From the NCBI RefSeq assembly GCF_009914755.1, contig NC_060935.1: 64,000 bases of DNA. One strand, 5' to 3'. Made by a program: the position numbers and the translations under genes. Below, piece after piece: positions 1 through 13,944 of this stretch; the first letter of the stretch is position 1; each line of letters opens with the position of its first letter. This stretch comes from the human T2T-CHM13v2.0 reference genome, Homo sapiens. The notes beneath the pieces were generated by a model that ran no database searches, was not told where the DNA came from, and saw only the letters and a program-made list of their open reading frames with translations.

Positions 1-127
1 AAAAGAAAATGCTGGCACAATGCTTCTTGCACACCCTACATAACCATGAGCCAATTAGATCTCTTTTCTTTACAAATTACCCAGCCTCCAGTATTCCTTT
101 ACAGCAATGAAAAGGGTCTAAGAAAAA
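1..127 (+). mobile_element. 3' end of MST-type MaLR LTR (truncated by window edge)
   Basis: 'ccatgagccaattagatctcttttctttacaaattacccagcctccagtattcctttacagcaa' resembles the MSTA/MSTB LTR 3' terminus. Confidence 0.8.
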
Positions 128-627
128 CACTGTCTTGTCTTCCTTTTCCATCATCCATCAGTGTATGTTTTTGTACCAGCAAGTATGTTTATTTAGGCAG
201 AACCACAGGTACTGGCAACGTATCTACAGTGTAGACATGAAAAGAACAGGAAGAGCATAAGTAACAGAGATTTTGTTCACATGGTTTAGTCATGTTCCCA
301 CTGCAATGTCCCTCTTCATACAGTATTTCTTACCTCCTTCCACCTCTTCAGAAAGTACAGCGTAGTCCACATGAATGAGACCTGAGTGCACTGGGGCATC
401 CTTCCCTCCTGCTCTGGGGGTCAGGTGTGGTAATCTGGCTTAGCTTCCTCCAAAGCTCCAGTTGGAAGGGAACACGTTCTCTTTTTCTGGGGTGATCCAG
501 TGTCGAAGGCCAATTTACATGCAGACTGGGTGTGTTGTCTGTATTGCTCTGTTCACTGGTACCGAAGGCTCTGAGTAAGGTGGAATCAGACCCTACTCTA
601 CTTTCCCTGAACAGTGAGAGCAGCAAG

Positions 628-790
628 AGCTAACAGCTGAGCATCTACTTTGTGCCGGACCCTATGACATGCACTTTCCATGCATTCATGCAGTCTTCAC
701 AATAATTGAATGTGGAAGGTGCCATTGTTCCCTGTATTGTACCGCTGGCCAGTGAGAGCCAGGAGCCTGTGCTCATCACAATACCATAGT
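628..790 (-). mobile_element. MIR fragment
   Basis: 'gctaacagctgagcatctactttgtgcc...cttcacaataa' resembles antisense MIR; ends approximate. Confidence 0.6.
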
Positions 791-2449
791 TTTCAGCCCC
801 CCAGGCTAACATCTATCCTCTCTCGTGGTGCCTGGGACCCTTCTGGACCTGATCAAGGTGTAGCAGCTAATGGACTCGGAACAAGTCTCTGTAGATTTGA
901 GTGGAGGCGCCACTTGGGCTGGAGAGGCTTGCGGGGAGCTTTGCAGGGGAAATGAAGCTTGACTCTTGGGTCCTCAGGGTTTAAGGTTTGCCTTTTTTCT
1001 CAAAAAAGACTTAAAGGGAACCAGGTCCCTTGTACCTGCTGTGTGCACCTGGCAAAGAGTGCATCGGGTGGAATGCAGTCCTCTCTCACCAAGCTCTTGC
1101 ACTCCATTGCCCCCTAGCCTAGAATACTTGCTCCCTGCTCAGTAAAGAATCAAATTCCTGCAAATATCCATCCTCGGTCCTAGGCTACAGGTCTGCGCCC
1201 TCTCGGAGGCCCTTGCTGGTGCTCTTTCCACTAAGCCTCACTGCCTCTCCTGTCTTCAAGGGGACTGATTGCACTAGGGAAGTGTGGAGGGAGGGTATAT
1301 GCACCCAGGGAAGAAAGCAGCACAGCACTTCTCACAGCTCTGGTCTACAGTTGCTCCACTCAGCAAGTGGGGACAGTTCCAGCTTCTGGGCTCTTCTTGC
1401 CCCTAAACTTCTCCTCGATCAGGAGTAATATAGTCTGAGAATGAGCACAAAGAACACTTTTTCTTTTAAGGATTGACCTTTTGCTCAATGAGCAGGATTG
1501 AACCTTGAACCCAACAAAAGGGTCTGCAGTGAGGCAGGGCTGGACAGCTCCACCTCTAGGCAGGCACAGCAAGTGTGGGCATTGCTTACTGCAGAGAGGC
1601 TTCCCTTCTAAATCCACTCATGGGGGGTGCCAGGTGCTTCCCTCCAAGGCAGAAGGTAACCCCTCCCAGTCCAGAGCAAATCACGGTCTCCATGTTTTTC
1701 CTCCCTGGTCCCACATAGGTGAGTGATATATACAGAGGTTAGACCTCAGGGTTATGTTATGGATTGGAGGGAGCAGAGAAGCTTCCTCATTAAAAGGGCT
1801 GTGCTGGTTGGCTGGCTCCAAGGCCCTCAGCACCTCTGGGCTTCTGAGCCATGGGAGAGTTGGACAGAAGGCTGAACAGTGGCTGATGGCCTGGAGGAGG
1901 AGATAGGGAGGGAGGAGAAGGCTGGATGCTGGGTTCCCATTGTACACCCCCAGCAACGAGCCCCCCTGCCAGCCCAGAGTAACCAGAGATCTTGGGCCAC
2001 AAGTCAGACACACCTAGACTAAGATGTGGCTTTGACCCCAGCTGGATATCTGCTCACGTCATCAAAGCTCTTGAGGCCTCAGCTTCCTTATCTGTAAAAT
2101 GTGGCTGGGAATACCTGTTCTACTGATCTGAAGAATTGTTGTGGTAATCTGAAGAGGCGATTGGTATAAAAATACCAGGTAAAAGGCAGAGTGTGTCCCA
2201 TGAATGAGACACCCTGTCCTTCTCCCTCAAGACATCCTCTTTGTTTCTCATTCCCAATATGAAAATAACAAACCATTCTAGGGAACAACTTGGTTATTTT
2301 TGGGTCATGGGCAGGGCCAGCAGGCCTACAGGTAGCGGGAGGGATCAGTGGAGGAAGCGACGTGATTCCTGTAAGACTTGAATGCCCCTGAGTCAAAGTC
2401 TGCTCTGAAGACCAGCCCCCTTAGAGTGACAGAGATGGGGCTACCTCAC

Positions 2450-2640
2450 AACTCTGCCACTTACTATTTTTAGGACCTTGGGGAAGTCATATAGAATTTT
2501 GAATTTTAGTTCCTTCATTTGTAAAAATGGGAAGGGTAATAGCACTATCCTTAGCATTATAAAATAATGGATACTTATGGCATACCCAGGGCATGGCATG
2601 TGCTAAGCATTCAATAAATGTGGACTATTATTGTTATTTC
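2450..2640 (+). mobile_element. MIR
   Basis: MIR core 'ctctgccacttact...gaccttggggaagtca...ttccttcatttgtaaaaatggg' and tail 'gcattcaataaatg'. Confidence 0.75.
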
Positions 2641-3149
2641 CTTTTTGAGCTAGTTGTGTTTGCTTGCTACGGAGGAAATACCCATTTCAAAGAATTGGGA
2701 GGATAAAATTAAGAGACTGGTAACCCAGCATCTGCCGTTTAACAGATGCCCTGTAAGTGAGTGCCTTCCTCTTTCTCCCTTCTGGCACTTGTTCTGTTGA
2801 GAGTCTGTGATGCCCAAACCTTGGAATTAACCCTGATAGAAAAAAGGCATAAAGCCACTGGATATGTGGCAGCTCTGCCTTCATGTTGGGCTCACATTAC
2901 AGACATTTGAGTGTCTGCCCCTCATCCTGCCCCCCAGATCTCACTGCTCTCTGAGTCTTACCTTAGTCTCCTGTCTTTTCTTCTGCCCTCCTGGACCCAG
3001 CTTACTGCCTGCTCTGCTGCCAGCACCCTTTCTTGTGTCTTGGTATCTGCCTGAGACCTTTGTTTTGCTGGTTACGGTTGTGGCCTGATGGGCTAAGCTA
3101 GGCCCTTTGTACCACCTCAGAACAGCAGGGGATGCAGCAATAATGCCAA

Positions 3150-3370
3150 CTAGGAGTCCGGATGATCTGGACTTGAATTTGTATCCCGGTTTAACCACTT
3201 ACTCTATAGCCTTAGGCAAGGCACTTAATGCCATTGCATGCCATTGTCACATCAATACAATGAAAGTAACACCTATATCATGGCATTACTGGAAGATAAA
3301 AAGAGATGACTGAGGGATAAAAAGGCGATGTGAAAGTCCCTAGGAGGGTAGGCACTTAGTAATACTAGGC
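3150..3370 (+). mobile_element. MIR
   Basis: 'ccacttactctatagccttaggcaaggcacttaa...gtaggcacttagtaata'. Confidence 0.65.
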
Positions 3371-4141
3371 TACCTCCCTTCCTCCTCACTTCTCTAGTCT
3401 CAATGCCTGCTTAGGGGAGGGGTAGAGATCAGGGTGGTGAGTTGTCTCCTCTGCAGGATGACTCAGCCCCTCCCTACTCCCCTACTCTGTTACTGCCTTT
3501 GCCTCATCATACTCTGGAAAACCTAGACTAAAGTAAGTTTTTTAGCTGGACCTATTTTTGGAGGTGGAGAATGGAACTTCCTCACTGGTATGCTGAGTTT
3601 TGATTTCCATATGGGCTGATTTCAGAGTAACTGGGAAAATTCAGTAATTAGCAGTAGCAGCATTAGTGAATCATGTTGTAATCATCCTCTTCTCGCTTCT
3701 TCCCTCTTCTGCATGTTCCAAATGCTATTACCGACACTATCTTTCCCTCCACTGGCCCTTGGCCTCATGTTCCCACTGCAGACGTTGTGCTTCCTGCTTA
3801 GCACTATGGGTCAGCCTCTGGGTACTTTCCTCCCTCCCAGCCTCCAGCCTCCTGCTCAAGCCTCTGCCTATTTGTCCAGAACCCTGGTGGGCACATTTAG
3901 CTAGTTTCTCCTCTTGCAAATTCAACCTACAGGTTTATTTCAATTCAAAGAAAAAAATGACTCATCTAAATCCTGATAAAAACATGGCTAGTGCTGTCTG
4001 GGCTGATGAAATCTACTTGGAGAATGGAGAACCTAAGAGAACCTTCTCTGTCTAAGTCTGGATATCTCTGCGGATGGTCACTTAAAAAAAGATAAAAATG
4101 CAGAGGAGGGTTTTCCTTAGCAAAAACTAATAATCAGTGGC

Positions 4142-4400
4142 TCCATCCATTTATCCATCTATCCATCTAGGAAACATTTACACAATGTCTACAATGTGCC
4201 AAGCCTAGCACTGGGCTTTAAGGACATACACATGATAGCTGAGAAGACTAGCAAGTAAACCGATGACCATTGTACAGTGGAAAACATGCCAAGAGCACAG
4301 TGGGAGCATGAGTCAGTGAGCAGCAGGGGCAGCTCCTCTGAGAGGGAAATGCTTAAATATTGAGGAATGGAGAGAATTTAGCTTTGCAGAGTTTGCTTTC
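4142..4400 (-). mobile_element. L2 3' end
   Basis: 'catccatttatccatc...aaacatttacacaatgtctacaatgtgccaagcctagcactggg', typical antisense L2 tail. Confidence 0.6.
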
Positions 4401-6703
4401 ATTGGTATGCGTGTGGAACTAAGGCTCAACAAATGGAAACCTGTAAAATCTATACTTACTCAAATTTTTGTAGAGCATTGTAATGTGCTGGGAATGGGAA
4501 GCTCAGAAGAGGAATAATAATGGGCTTTGCTTTGGGGTTTAGCACTGACTTCTCAGAATTTGAGAATTTGGAACATTTAAGTAATCCCATTTCCTCTTGA
4601 CAGAATTTTCCTAAAACATGCCAGAGAGATAGGAATAGAAACACCTTGCTTGTTCTTAAAGAATCTAAATCTCCACAATGTTCCCTGTTCATTCCATCAT
4701 CTCCTGTTGTTGGAAAAACGTACTTGTCTGTCCTCTGGCTGCAACTAAAGTCAGTCCTCTCCTTAGGGCACCCAGGAACTCTTGATGTTTCACCAGTCCT
4801 CTTGCTGAGCTAAACCCAAGAGTTGTTCTGTGTTCTATACTGAGTCTGGCCTAGTGTCACAGAATCTGCATTAGACATAGAAATCATTACTGCATAAATG
4901 TGGAGCAATATTAACAAAAAGCTGAAGCATTCAGATGAAGAGGCAGCTGTTTTGCCTTAGGCGGGCTGGGGTGGGTAGCCCCATAGTCCGTGGATAATTC
5001 TCCCTCCGTATCTTTCCCTCACTTATCCTATATGTTCACGTCACTGCAGTTATTTGGTGGGCAGTTGTAGTCTTAGATGAGCTTTAGTGAATGGGAGCCC
5101 AGCTTGAGGGCTTGAAATTCATTTAGTGTAGGAACCTTGGTGAGAAGGTTGCTGCTGTGGAGGAATCGCTATGTGAAAGGACTTTAGTCTTCAAAAGCCG
5201 GCTAATGACCCAGGCATCACCCCGTCTCCCCATGGCCCCAGTGACAGCAGGCACAATGTCTGGATATTGAGTAATTACCTATTTCCTTTTCTAGATGATG
5301 TAAGCTCTGTTTTGCTTACCACTGCATCCCCGGGGGCTGGACAGTACACTTTAATGATTTTTTTTTAATTGAATGAATTAAGATTCACAAGTAATTTGAA
5401 AGGCATCTCTATTTATCTCGCTGGTGTTTCTCAGTCCTGGGCTGCATTGCCAAAGTTTCCAGTTTCTTCATGACTTGGCCAGCCCCCCAATCATCCCAAA
5501 GCCCAGTTAAGAGAAACACTTCGGTGCTAATAGATCTGGAAACTTAAGCTCTGGAGGGCCACCTGTCAGATGAGATTTGCCTTCAAAGGCCACTGGCTCT
5601 GACCTTTTGATAACATTTTAAAAAAAGAAACCTTACATATTGACTGAATCAGGCCTGTCTCCAATGAAGATCTAGGCAGCTATTTGTATTTCTGTTTGGA
5701 TTTTTGGGTCCTTTTCTTTTTGTACCTCTGGGTAAGCAAAAGGAAAAACGTTCCTTTGCTTTACCAAACCTCATTTAAAAGTTGTTTGTATATATTTTTT
5801 AATGGAACCCAATCCCTTAAGCCTTTAAAAGTAACCTCTACTGAGCTCAATAAACCATTTCCAATGTGGCAGCTTCTAATCCAGGAGAGTTAAGAAGGCA
5901 GATGCTAACCAACCACCAATTGCATCCCAGGACAGTTGCTGAAAGTCTCAGGGCTCTGCAAGCTGGAGATGAGATCGGCTAATCCTGACTCTATTCTTTC
6001 GTCTGCTCTGCTAGCTGGCCCTACTTGTACAATTAATATTCTCCCTGGTGTTGATTTTGTTCAAATATATTGGGCCCATCAATCACCCACTTTCCAACTC
6101 ATCTGTCTGGATCAGTCATTTACAAAGTTATTTTTGAGCCACTAGGATTCTTGTGAAATAGACACAAGAAGGAGCTAAACTCATTTCAGGTTTGACCTCT
6201 GTGGCTGGGATCTGAGAAGGCTTAGTTTGATTACGCTTCATGGCCATCCAATCCAATCTGGCTTGTAGAATAGAAAGGCCACTTGCTTAATTGGGAACAC
6301 TTTAATATAGATATCCATTAACTTATGCTAAATTACAGTAAAGCATCTATGGAGGAACTTGATGTGACATCTGCATGAATACTAAATAACTTCATTACGA
6401 TCAGTACTGTGACAATGAATATGAAATGAACGTGCCCAGAGAAGACAATTAATCTCCCACCTTCCCAAGCCAGTACTGTTTTATTTTACCCTGCATTGTA
6501 CTAAAAAAATAAGGCATAGAAGCTCTATGATTTTCTGTCTATCTCACTCACCCTTCAGCTGGTGAGTGGTCCCCGAGAGCTTCTGTCATTTGTAGAGTGG
6601 AAACTGACCCACCCTGAGGAATAGCCATGGGCAGTGGGTATGTGGGGCTCCTGGGGACCCACTTTGGTTTGGGAAAGGAGGTTGTCAAGACTAACTGAAC
6701 ACA

Positions 6704-6758
6704 ACACACACACAGACGCGCGTGTGCGCGCGCACACACACGCACACGCGCACACACA
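6704..6758. repeat. mixed (CA)n/(CG)n/(TG)n alternating purine-pyrimidine microsatellite
   Basis: seen directly. Confidence 0.95.
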
Positions 6759-7219
6759 GAATTAAAAGGCATCCTCATCCGGAACTAGCAAACAGACTGT
6801 CAGTTCAGATTAGCAACATCAAAAGCATTCCAATCTGTTCCCTGCATACATTACATGCATAGATCTGAGAGAAGAATTTGGCCTCTGAATTAAGTCAGCT
6901 TTTTCCTTCTGGGCTGCTTGTACCTGAAATGTGTGGCGAAGAGGGTCCAGCAGTCAGATTAATACACCTCATAGCATTTAGTCTGAACCTTACAGCATGG
7001 TCTTAAAGAGACACCCTCTCATATTACTTGCTGCTGTTTCACATGGGTTCTTTCTGAATCTGGAATGAACCATGGGACCCTTGGGTTGAAGACTATGCCT
7101 AACTCTGTATGAGGGGTCGCTCAGAATGGAGGCATGCATGAAAGAATATTCCTGGGTTCTCCATTCTAGTCATTTCCCTCCTACGTCACTGACTTATTGC
7201 TGGCATCTCCTCCCCTTGA

Positions 7220-7690
7220 CCTTCATATTGGAGTCCTTGGATCTCTTCTCAATCTTATGGCTTTAAACACCGACTCTACTCTGATGTCTCTCAATTTTGT
7301 ATCCACAGCCTAGACCACCCCCTAAACTCTGGACTCATCTATCCAATTGCCTAGTTCTCCCCTCCACTTGCAATGTGTAACAGGCATCTCAAATTTCACA
7401 TGCTCCGAAAAGAACTCCTGGTCTTCTCCCACAGGCCTGCCCCTCTCACGGTCTTCTTCATCTTTGAAGAAGATGATAAACTTGTCAGTGGCAATTTTAT
7501 CCTTCCAGTTACTCAGACCAGGAAACTTGAAGTGAGTGATCCTAGACTCTTCTCTTCCTTTCACACCCACATCCAATCTGTCAATGTAGCCTGTTGTCTC
7601 AAAATATATTATAAACCAACCACCTCTCACCACTTCCTCTGCTACTTTCTTGGCCCGAGCCTCATCACTTGTTGCTCAGATGGTTGTTAC
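7220..7690 (+). mobile_element. L2 fragment
   Basis: 'ggctttaaacacc...actcatctatccaattgcct...aacaggcatctcaaatttcacatgctccgaaaagaactcctg' resembles the L2 3' region. Confidence 0.75.
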
Positions 7691-9355
7691 AGTCATGGTT
7701 CTGGGTTTAGCAGGGTCTCTACTCCAGGCCTTGTCTCTGAAGAGCCTCTTGGTGGTCACAAAGCTACTTGCCACTCTCATCAGATCAGGGTGCAGGGTGT
7801 CATGAGTTTTACAGATTCTGGCTACAAATACCTGAGGTAAAAGGATACCTTTGACATTAGCAACAACAGGAAGGGAGAAAATTGCTATTACCACCTAGAC
7901 TGTGAGCAAATAACATTCTGGCCAGTGGGATATGTCTCACCAATCCATTTACAGGTCGCAGACATTTACAACACCAGCCTCCTGGCTTCTTATGGGGATA
8001 GTGGCTGCATCATGTCCCACTGCACCCTTGCAGCTGACTCCATACCCCTATTACATAACACAAGTCTTTCTCCTTCTCTCTTTGTACCCAGAGGCTCCAG
8101 CATATTTGCATAGCATTTATTATGCTATGTAAATACACCATTATATATGAATTTATAGCATATGTGAGAACTCAGAGTAAATCCAATTCCATCTAAAACC
8201 ACGTAATACTCACTGAGGTTCCCACCACAGTCCCCTTGCTTACATGTGCACATCCTCAACTTCCACTCTTTCTCAGGTCAGGAACGTGTCAATTCTGCAA
8301 CTTCAAGTGGCAGTTAGGGAAGGATCCTCTCTCCATTATATGAAAAGTAGGTGTCTAGTGGGGAGGAGCTTCCTTCTGAAATGCTCAGAAATGTACCGAT
8401 GTCCTTAGATGCTGCAGATGGAGCCCAGATCCCAGTGAGCGACTGCTGGGCTGTTCACAGAGAGCCAGAGGCCCCTTTGGAAAGGGTGGATCTCCATAAC
8501 CCATGGGAGGGGAGGGACCTCCAACAATCTTGTTAGTGCATCAAGTAATAGATTTTTGACAGATGCTTTCCTGCCTTCTAGTCCAAACTTCAAAATCCTT
8601 CCTGCACTGGTCTCATTGGGGTTGGTGGTTAGTTCTCACTTTCCCCATTTCTGAGACCAGCAAGAGGCTCTGTTTGCGCCAAGTCTCCCTGTAAACACTG
8701 TGGTTATGCCCACACTAGGCAATGCCTTCCTGGGAGATAACATTGCATTTATTCCAGGACTCCTACAGGGAACAGGAGGGGAAGAAAATTGCCTCTCTGT
8801 GAAAGCACATTACAATGTGGCCTAGCCCAAGCTAGACTCACTAGAAATGTTAACTCTGCCCTGCACTTTCCATTCCCCATCCCCTTTCCTCTGCCTTTTC
8901 CAAGCAAACTCTTACTCTAGGAAATACATGTTTGATTTTCTTGGGTGACCACCATCTCCAAGAGAACCTCTTAGAAGTAGGCCAAGGAGCAAAGAAGAAG
9001 TCCCATAAAGGTCAAGAGCATCTTACAGGAAAGGAAAGTGGTTACGGCAGATTGCAATTGTAGGAGGAATGACACAAAAGGGGTAGGCTAGAACCAGAGT
9101 CACATAAGAACAGCCTTCTGGAGGCAGGGGGATGGATGAAAGAATGTCTTTATGTCCCTTCAAGGGTTATGATTTTGTATGTGCAAAATTCTGAACTGTA
9201 CATCCAGTTGAACAAAGTAAACATTTATCAAGCATCTCCTCTGTGTCAGGCTTGAAGTGAGAAATTCAAAGGTGAACCAAGCATGGTTCCAGAGTACAAG
9301 GATCCTACAAAGTAAAAGGGTAAAAAAAAGGTACTTTGGCCTCCCTTCTTCCCTC

Positions 9356-9402
9356 CCATCCATCCATCCATCCATCCATCCATCCATCTATCCATCCATC
9401 CA
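9356..9402. repeat. (TCCA)n microsatellite
   Basis: seen directly. Confidence 0.95.
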
Positions 9403-9449
9403 ATGCAAGGCATATTGTAATAAAGGAGACACAACTCTAGGCAGATGTC

Positions 9450-9660
9450 ATGAGCACTGGAATCAGATTGGAAAACTGAGTCTGCCACTTACTAATTCTG
9501 TAATATTGGGCAGAAAATGTAAACAAGCATAGCTTCAATTTTCCTATTTCTATAACAAGAATATTAATGGTATCTATTTCATAGGGTTAACATGGGAATT
9601 AAAGAAGATAATGCATATTAAAGTTCTTGGTACATAGCAGATGCTCAATAAATTAATATT
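9450..9660 (+). mobile_element. MIR
   Basis: 'tctgccacttactaattctgtaatattgggc...tttcatagggtt...tggtacatagcagatgctcaataaa'. Confidence 0.75.
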
Positions 9661-9689
9661 TATTAAACTAATGAATTACAAATAAAGAA

Positions 9690-11180
9690 AATGTTAGGGA
9701 AACACAGAGGGGAGCTCATCAATAGTTGAAGAGATTGGGCTAAAATTTACAGGAAGGATGGAATTTGAGATGGTCTTGAAGAGGATTTTAACACATGCAG
9801 ATGGAAGCTATTTCAGACAGAGGGAAAAAACATGAGTATTGAAGTGGAAAAGAGGAGGTCATGGTTCAGGGAAAGGTGACTAGTGGGAAATAGGACTGAA
9901 GATGTAGGCTGAGGCGATATCATGGCAAATCTTTATCTCTACACTGATGATATAGACTTGATCCTTGGGCAAAAGTGCATTAGTAGGGATTCTGGAGCAA
10001 GGCATAACTGTGGTTTAGGAAGATCAATGTGGCAACACAATGAGTAGGATTGTACTGAAGATGAATTGGAGATAGGGAGAGGAGTTTGGAGGCAGCAGTA
10101 ATCTCAGTGAGATTACGTGAGGATTTTAACAAAGCTGGTGACAGTAGAAATGGAGGAAATAGAAAAGAGTTATTATGAACTGGTGACCAAAAAGATGAAG
10201 AGAATGAGGGGAGGAAGAGCAAAGCTGACCCTGAGCATTTAGGGAGAAAGAATTGAAAAGATCATGATGTCAACTCTAGCTCGAGAACACAGAGAAAAGG
10301 CAAGAGTTTTTGCAGGAAGGTAAGCTATGTGCTAGATGGAGAGTTAGGGACCTTGTAGGAAACCACGTGCAGATGCTCAGTCTAGCTGGAACTATGTGCC
10401 TACAGTCCAGGCCATCGTCCAGAACTAGATATAAGGAAGTGGCATCAGCCTCATAGGGTTAATGGCTGAAAGTGTGGGAAAGGATGTCATTGAAAAGGGG
10501 CTAAAATAACTCTTGATTTAGGGGACTAGCATGGTAGATTGAAGTAGATCCAGTGTATAGTGGGCTATGAGAACTGGGAACTGGAAAATCAAGTAGGCAG
10601 AAGGACGAAAAGCTGAGTGTTACTAATAGTAGAGGTAAAACATGAGGCTAATAGAGTTCAGGGACTGGAGCCACCAAGGGAAGTGGGAAAATAGGAAAGG
10701 ATGAAAAGATTGAAGACCAAGGGAAGGCCAAAAAGTAGGTCAAGAGGGAGTGAGAAAATGAGTGAGGACAGAGAAGAACTTTGACAATTGGAGCTGAATG
10801 TTCAGTAGTTTTGAGTCGTGCATTTCAAGATGCAAATGGGGTAGATGCAGGTCACTTGGGGGAAGACTGCTGGGACCTGAGGAGGTCAGAGGCTTGGGAG
10901 GACTGAAATCACCAAGGATGAAGCTGGTGAAGACATGGGTTGGGGGTGGGGGCTGAAAGCCTGGTACTAAAATCCTAGAGGAAGATGGAGTCATGTCCAG
11001 AAAACCTGCAGATGAGGTGAGAAGAATAAAGAGATGGTACAGTGGATGGAAATATTGGGGCAAATTGCTGAAATTGAAGTGAGTCTGTGGAAAACAATAT
11101 GCAGGATGAATTTATCCGTCTCCTATTAAATGCCTCAAAGAGTTAAAGTTTTTAAGTTGGAGGGTCAAAGAACATCTATG
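9690..11180 (-). mobile_element. long degenerate L2 fragment
   Basis: purine-rich antisense L2 segments ('tgtggtttaggaagatcaatgtggcaac', 'ggaggcagcagtaatctcagtgaga', 'ctgaaatcaccaaggatga'); ends approximate. Confidence 0.6.
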
Positions 11181-12845
11181 GAACAAATAATAATCTATAG
11201 ATGTACAAAGCTAGCAAATATTTTAAGTGCTAAAATGTGTGGTGCTGGTCACAAATAGCTTGAGCCTGGTGCCTTTGACCAGCCCTCCTGACAAACAGCG
11301 AACGTGCCAAGTCCTACAAGGCACCGTTGCAGCCCAGGAGAGCTAAAATCTATGCCCTGGAAGAGGTGAGGACTTGGGATGAACCTTGAGGGAGGGGTTG
11401 GGGTTGAAGTGGGAGGAGCATTTCAGTCAATGGGAGAGTGGATAAATGAGCAGAGGTGAAGTGAACACAGCATATTCTGAATATATCGCAAGAGGGGTGC
11501 AGACTGGGCGTTATGAAGGAAAAAGCTGGAGGAAGATAGAGTGGGACCAGAAAGTGAAGGGATGCAGACTGACATCGTAACAATTCAAATGCTAATGAAA
11601 TATTCTCAACTTGAGTTCCCTGCGGTTGTGGTCATGGGCCAATTGCAGTATTCAGTTTTTATGAAGACCTCCAGCGTCTTCATGTGTGGTCCTCAAATCC
11701 TGAATACTTCTCTCCCAGAGCATTTACCACACGGTGCTGCTGGTATGCCAGCCTTTCTCCTTCCACCGTGAGCCATTTGAGGGCAGAGACCAGACCATCT
11801 CCGCAGCCTCTCAGGCTACAGGGTACCCTGCATTATGCAGACTGAGAGCTCTAGAAATATTTGTGGCATGAATGAAAGAATTCATGAGTAATAGCCGGGC
11901 ATAAATCAGAATATGCACTTGAACTGGGCTACAGTGTTCCACCAGAGGCCTTCCACATCTAAATGGAAGCATCATGGCACAAGGTGAAATTCTAGGTTTC
12001 TGAAGAAGAAAAGGTAAGAAGGACTCTCAAAGCCTTTGTTAATTAAAAACACACACAGCTCTTCAGGGAACATTTCCCTGCCTCCCATTCTCCCTCGTTG
12101 TACTGAATGGCAGATAAGGTGGTGTCTTCGCCTATGCTTTGGACCACATTTAATTAAATGCCTACATTACTGCTTCCTCACACACCTTATTTTATTTCCT
12201 TTCCTTCCTTCCATGCTAAAGAGGGCCAGGGCTAATACTAATGCATATGCTGTTAAACCTTTTTAATTAACTTCAACTTCTCCCAGAGATTTATGTTTAA
12301 ACAGTAAATTTTTTGTTGATACTCAAATACATAGGCGGCACTCGGAATGATGTACGAGTACTCTTGTCCTCAAAATGATTCTTCATGAGTTACCACCAGA
12401 GACGTTTTCATGAGCCTCTTTTATTAAAATAATAATACTCAGCAAGGCAATAATGCTTTACAGCCGGCAGCTAATTAACCCACCCCACCCCCCAAACAGG
12501 TCAGCATTAGCATCTGCAGGTTCGCGATATGATCGCCCAGTGGGTCCCCCTTGTACCTTCGAGTCAGCACTGAATCGGTCTGGGTTTGTGCTCTAGCATC
12601 TGTGAATAATGATTTTCATTTAAAACACATCTTTGTTCTTAGACTGTAGCTCAATCTATTATTATTGTTATTTATTTTGTTCTTGTTTAGTGCCTTCCCT
12701 GCACTGGGTATCAGTATTTCTGATCTGCAGTTGACCTCTTGAAACAAAATTTAACCATGCCTTGGAAAATCCAATTGATTTAAAACTCTTGTCTAATTGC
12801 AAAATCCATTTATTTTTCTGCAACTCTAAATTTGTGCCCCAAGTA

Positions 12846-13147
12846 TTTTTTTTTTTTTTTTTTTGAGACAGAGTCTCGTTCTGTTGCTCAGGCTGGAGTG
12901 CAGTGGCATGACCTCGGCTCACTGCAAACTTCAACTCCTGGGTTCAGGTGATTCTCCTGCTTCAGCCTCCTGAGTAGCTGGGATTACAGGCATGCACCAC
13001 CACACCCAGCTAACTTTTGTATTTTTAGTAGAGACGGGGTTTCACCATGTTGGCCAGACTGGTCTCGAACTCCTGACCTTGAGTGATTCACCCGCCTTGG
13101 GCTCCCAAAGTGCTGGGATTACAGGAGTGAGCCACTGCGCCCGGCCA
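12846..13147 (-). mobile_element. AluS (Sx-like), full length
   Basis: antisense Alu dimer with poly-T; TSD 'ccccaagtattttt' at 12837 and 13148. Confidence 0.95.
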
Positions 13148-13944
13148 CCCCAAGTATTTTTAATCATGATCTATGCTGTCAATTGTAATTGCAATGTAGC
13201 AATTCTTTGCCAACAAAACCAATCTACCTACCCAAGCTCCTGTTCTTTTCTTCATGTTGAGACAACGTTTTTCCCCACAAGCCAATGTGGTCATATCACA
13301 TGTTGCACCACCGATGAGCCAATTATTTCAATTTTGGCATCAGATTTAAAAGAGACTTTAATGATCCTCAATGGTATAAACTGAATTTTTATTCCTACAG
13401 CAATTTAGTAATGATGATGACACTTAAGCATTTAGAAAGTATTACTCATCTTCCAACCACTGACAAACAGGAGGCTCGGCACTTTTCATTTTAGGCACTT
13501 TTCTAGGCAAGTCTGATGGGGACCTCAGCATGGACAGCATTTCACAATATTTAGGGAGCCCAGGCTCACCCCTGCTACTCTGCCAGGAGCTATAGAAAGA
13601 AAAATCTCCAAGCCCCAGTGCTTGTCTGCTGGGGTTTCTAGCTGGAAATCAGAATAAGCTCCCAAGCCTTGCATGCCCGTTTTAATTAACTTGTCTATTC
13701 ACGCATCCAACAAATATTTAATGAGTTTCTGCTAGGTAAGGAAACCCAGCCCCAGGAGGGAGACTGAGATATATGAGGTATACCCCTTTCCCTCTAATCA
13801 AATTCAACCCCACCCCTCTCACCAGGGTCCAAGTTATTTGAATACTTCATTTATGCATACGTTTACTCCTTTCATTCAGCAAACGTTTATCAGGCACCTT
13901 TTAGTGTAAGGTACTCTGCTGGGAGCCCAAAAGTTTACAGCGAA

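Noticed and set aside
8104-8129. Octamer ATTTGCAT with OCT-SOX-like flank and an 8-bp hairpin
   Set aside because: The SOX half is degenerate, and short inverted repeats are expected by chance in AT-rich DNA
7690-8800. Possible old ERVL/MaLR internal sequence
   Set aside because: I could not match it confidently to any consensus from memory
13523-13540. REST/NRSF-like TCAGCA-T-GGACAG
   Set aside because: The left half lacks CC and the spacing is wrong
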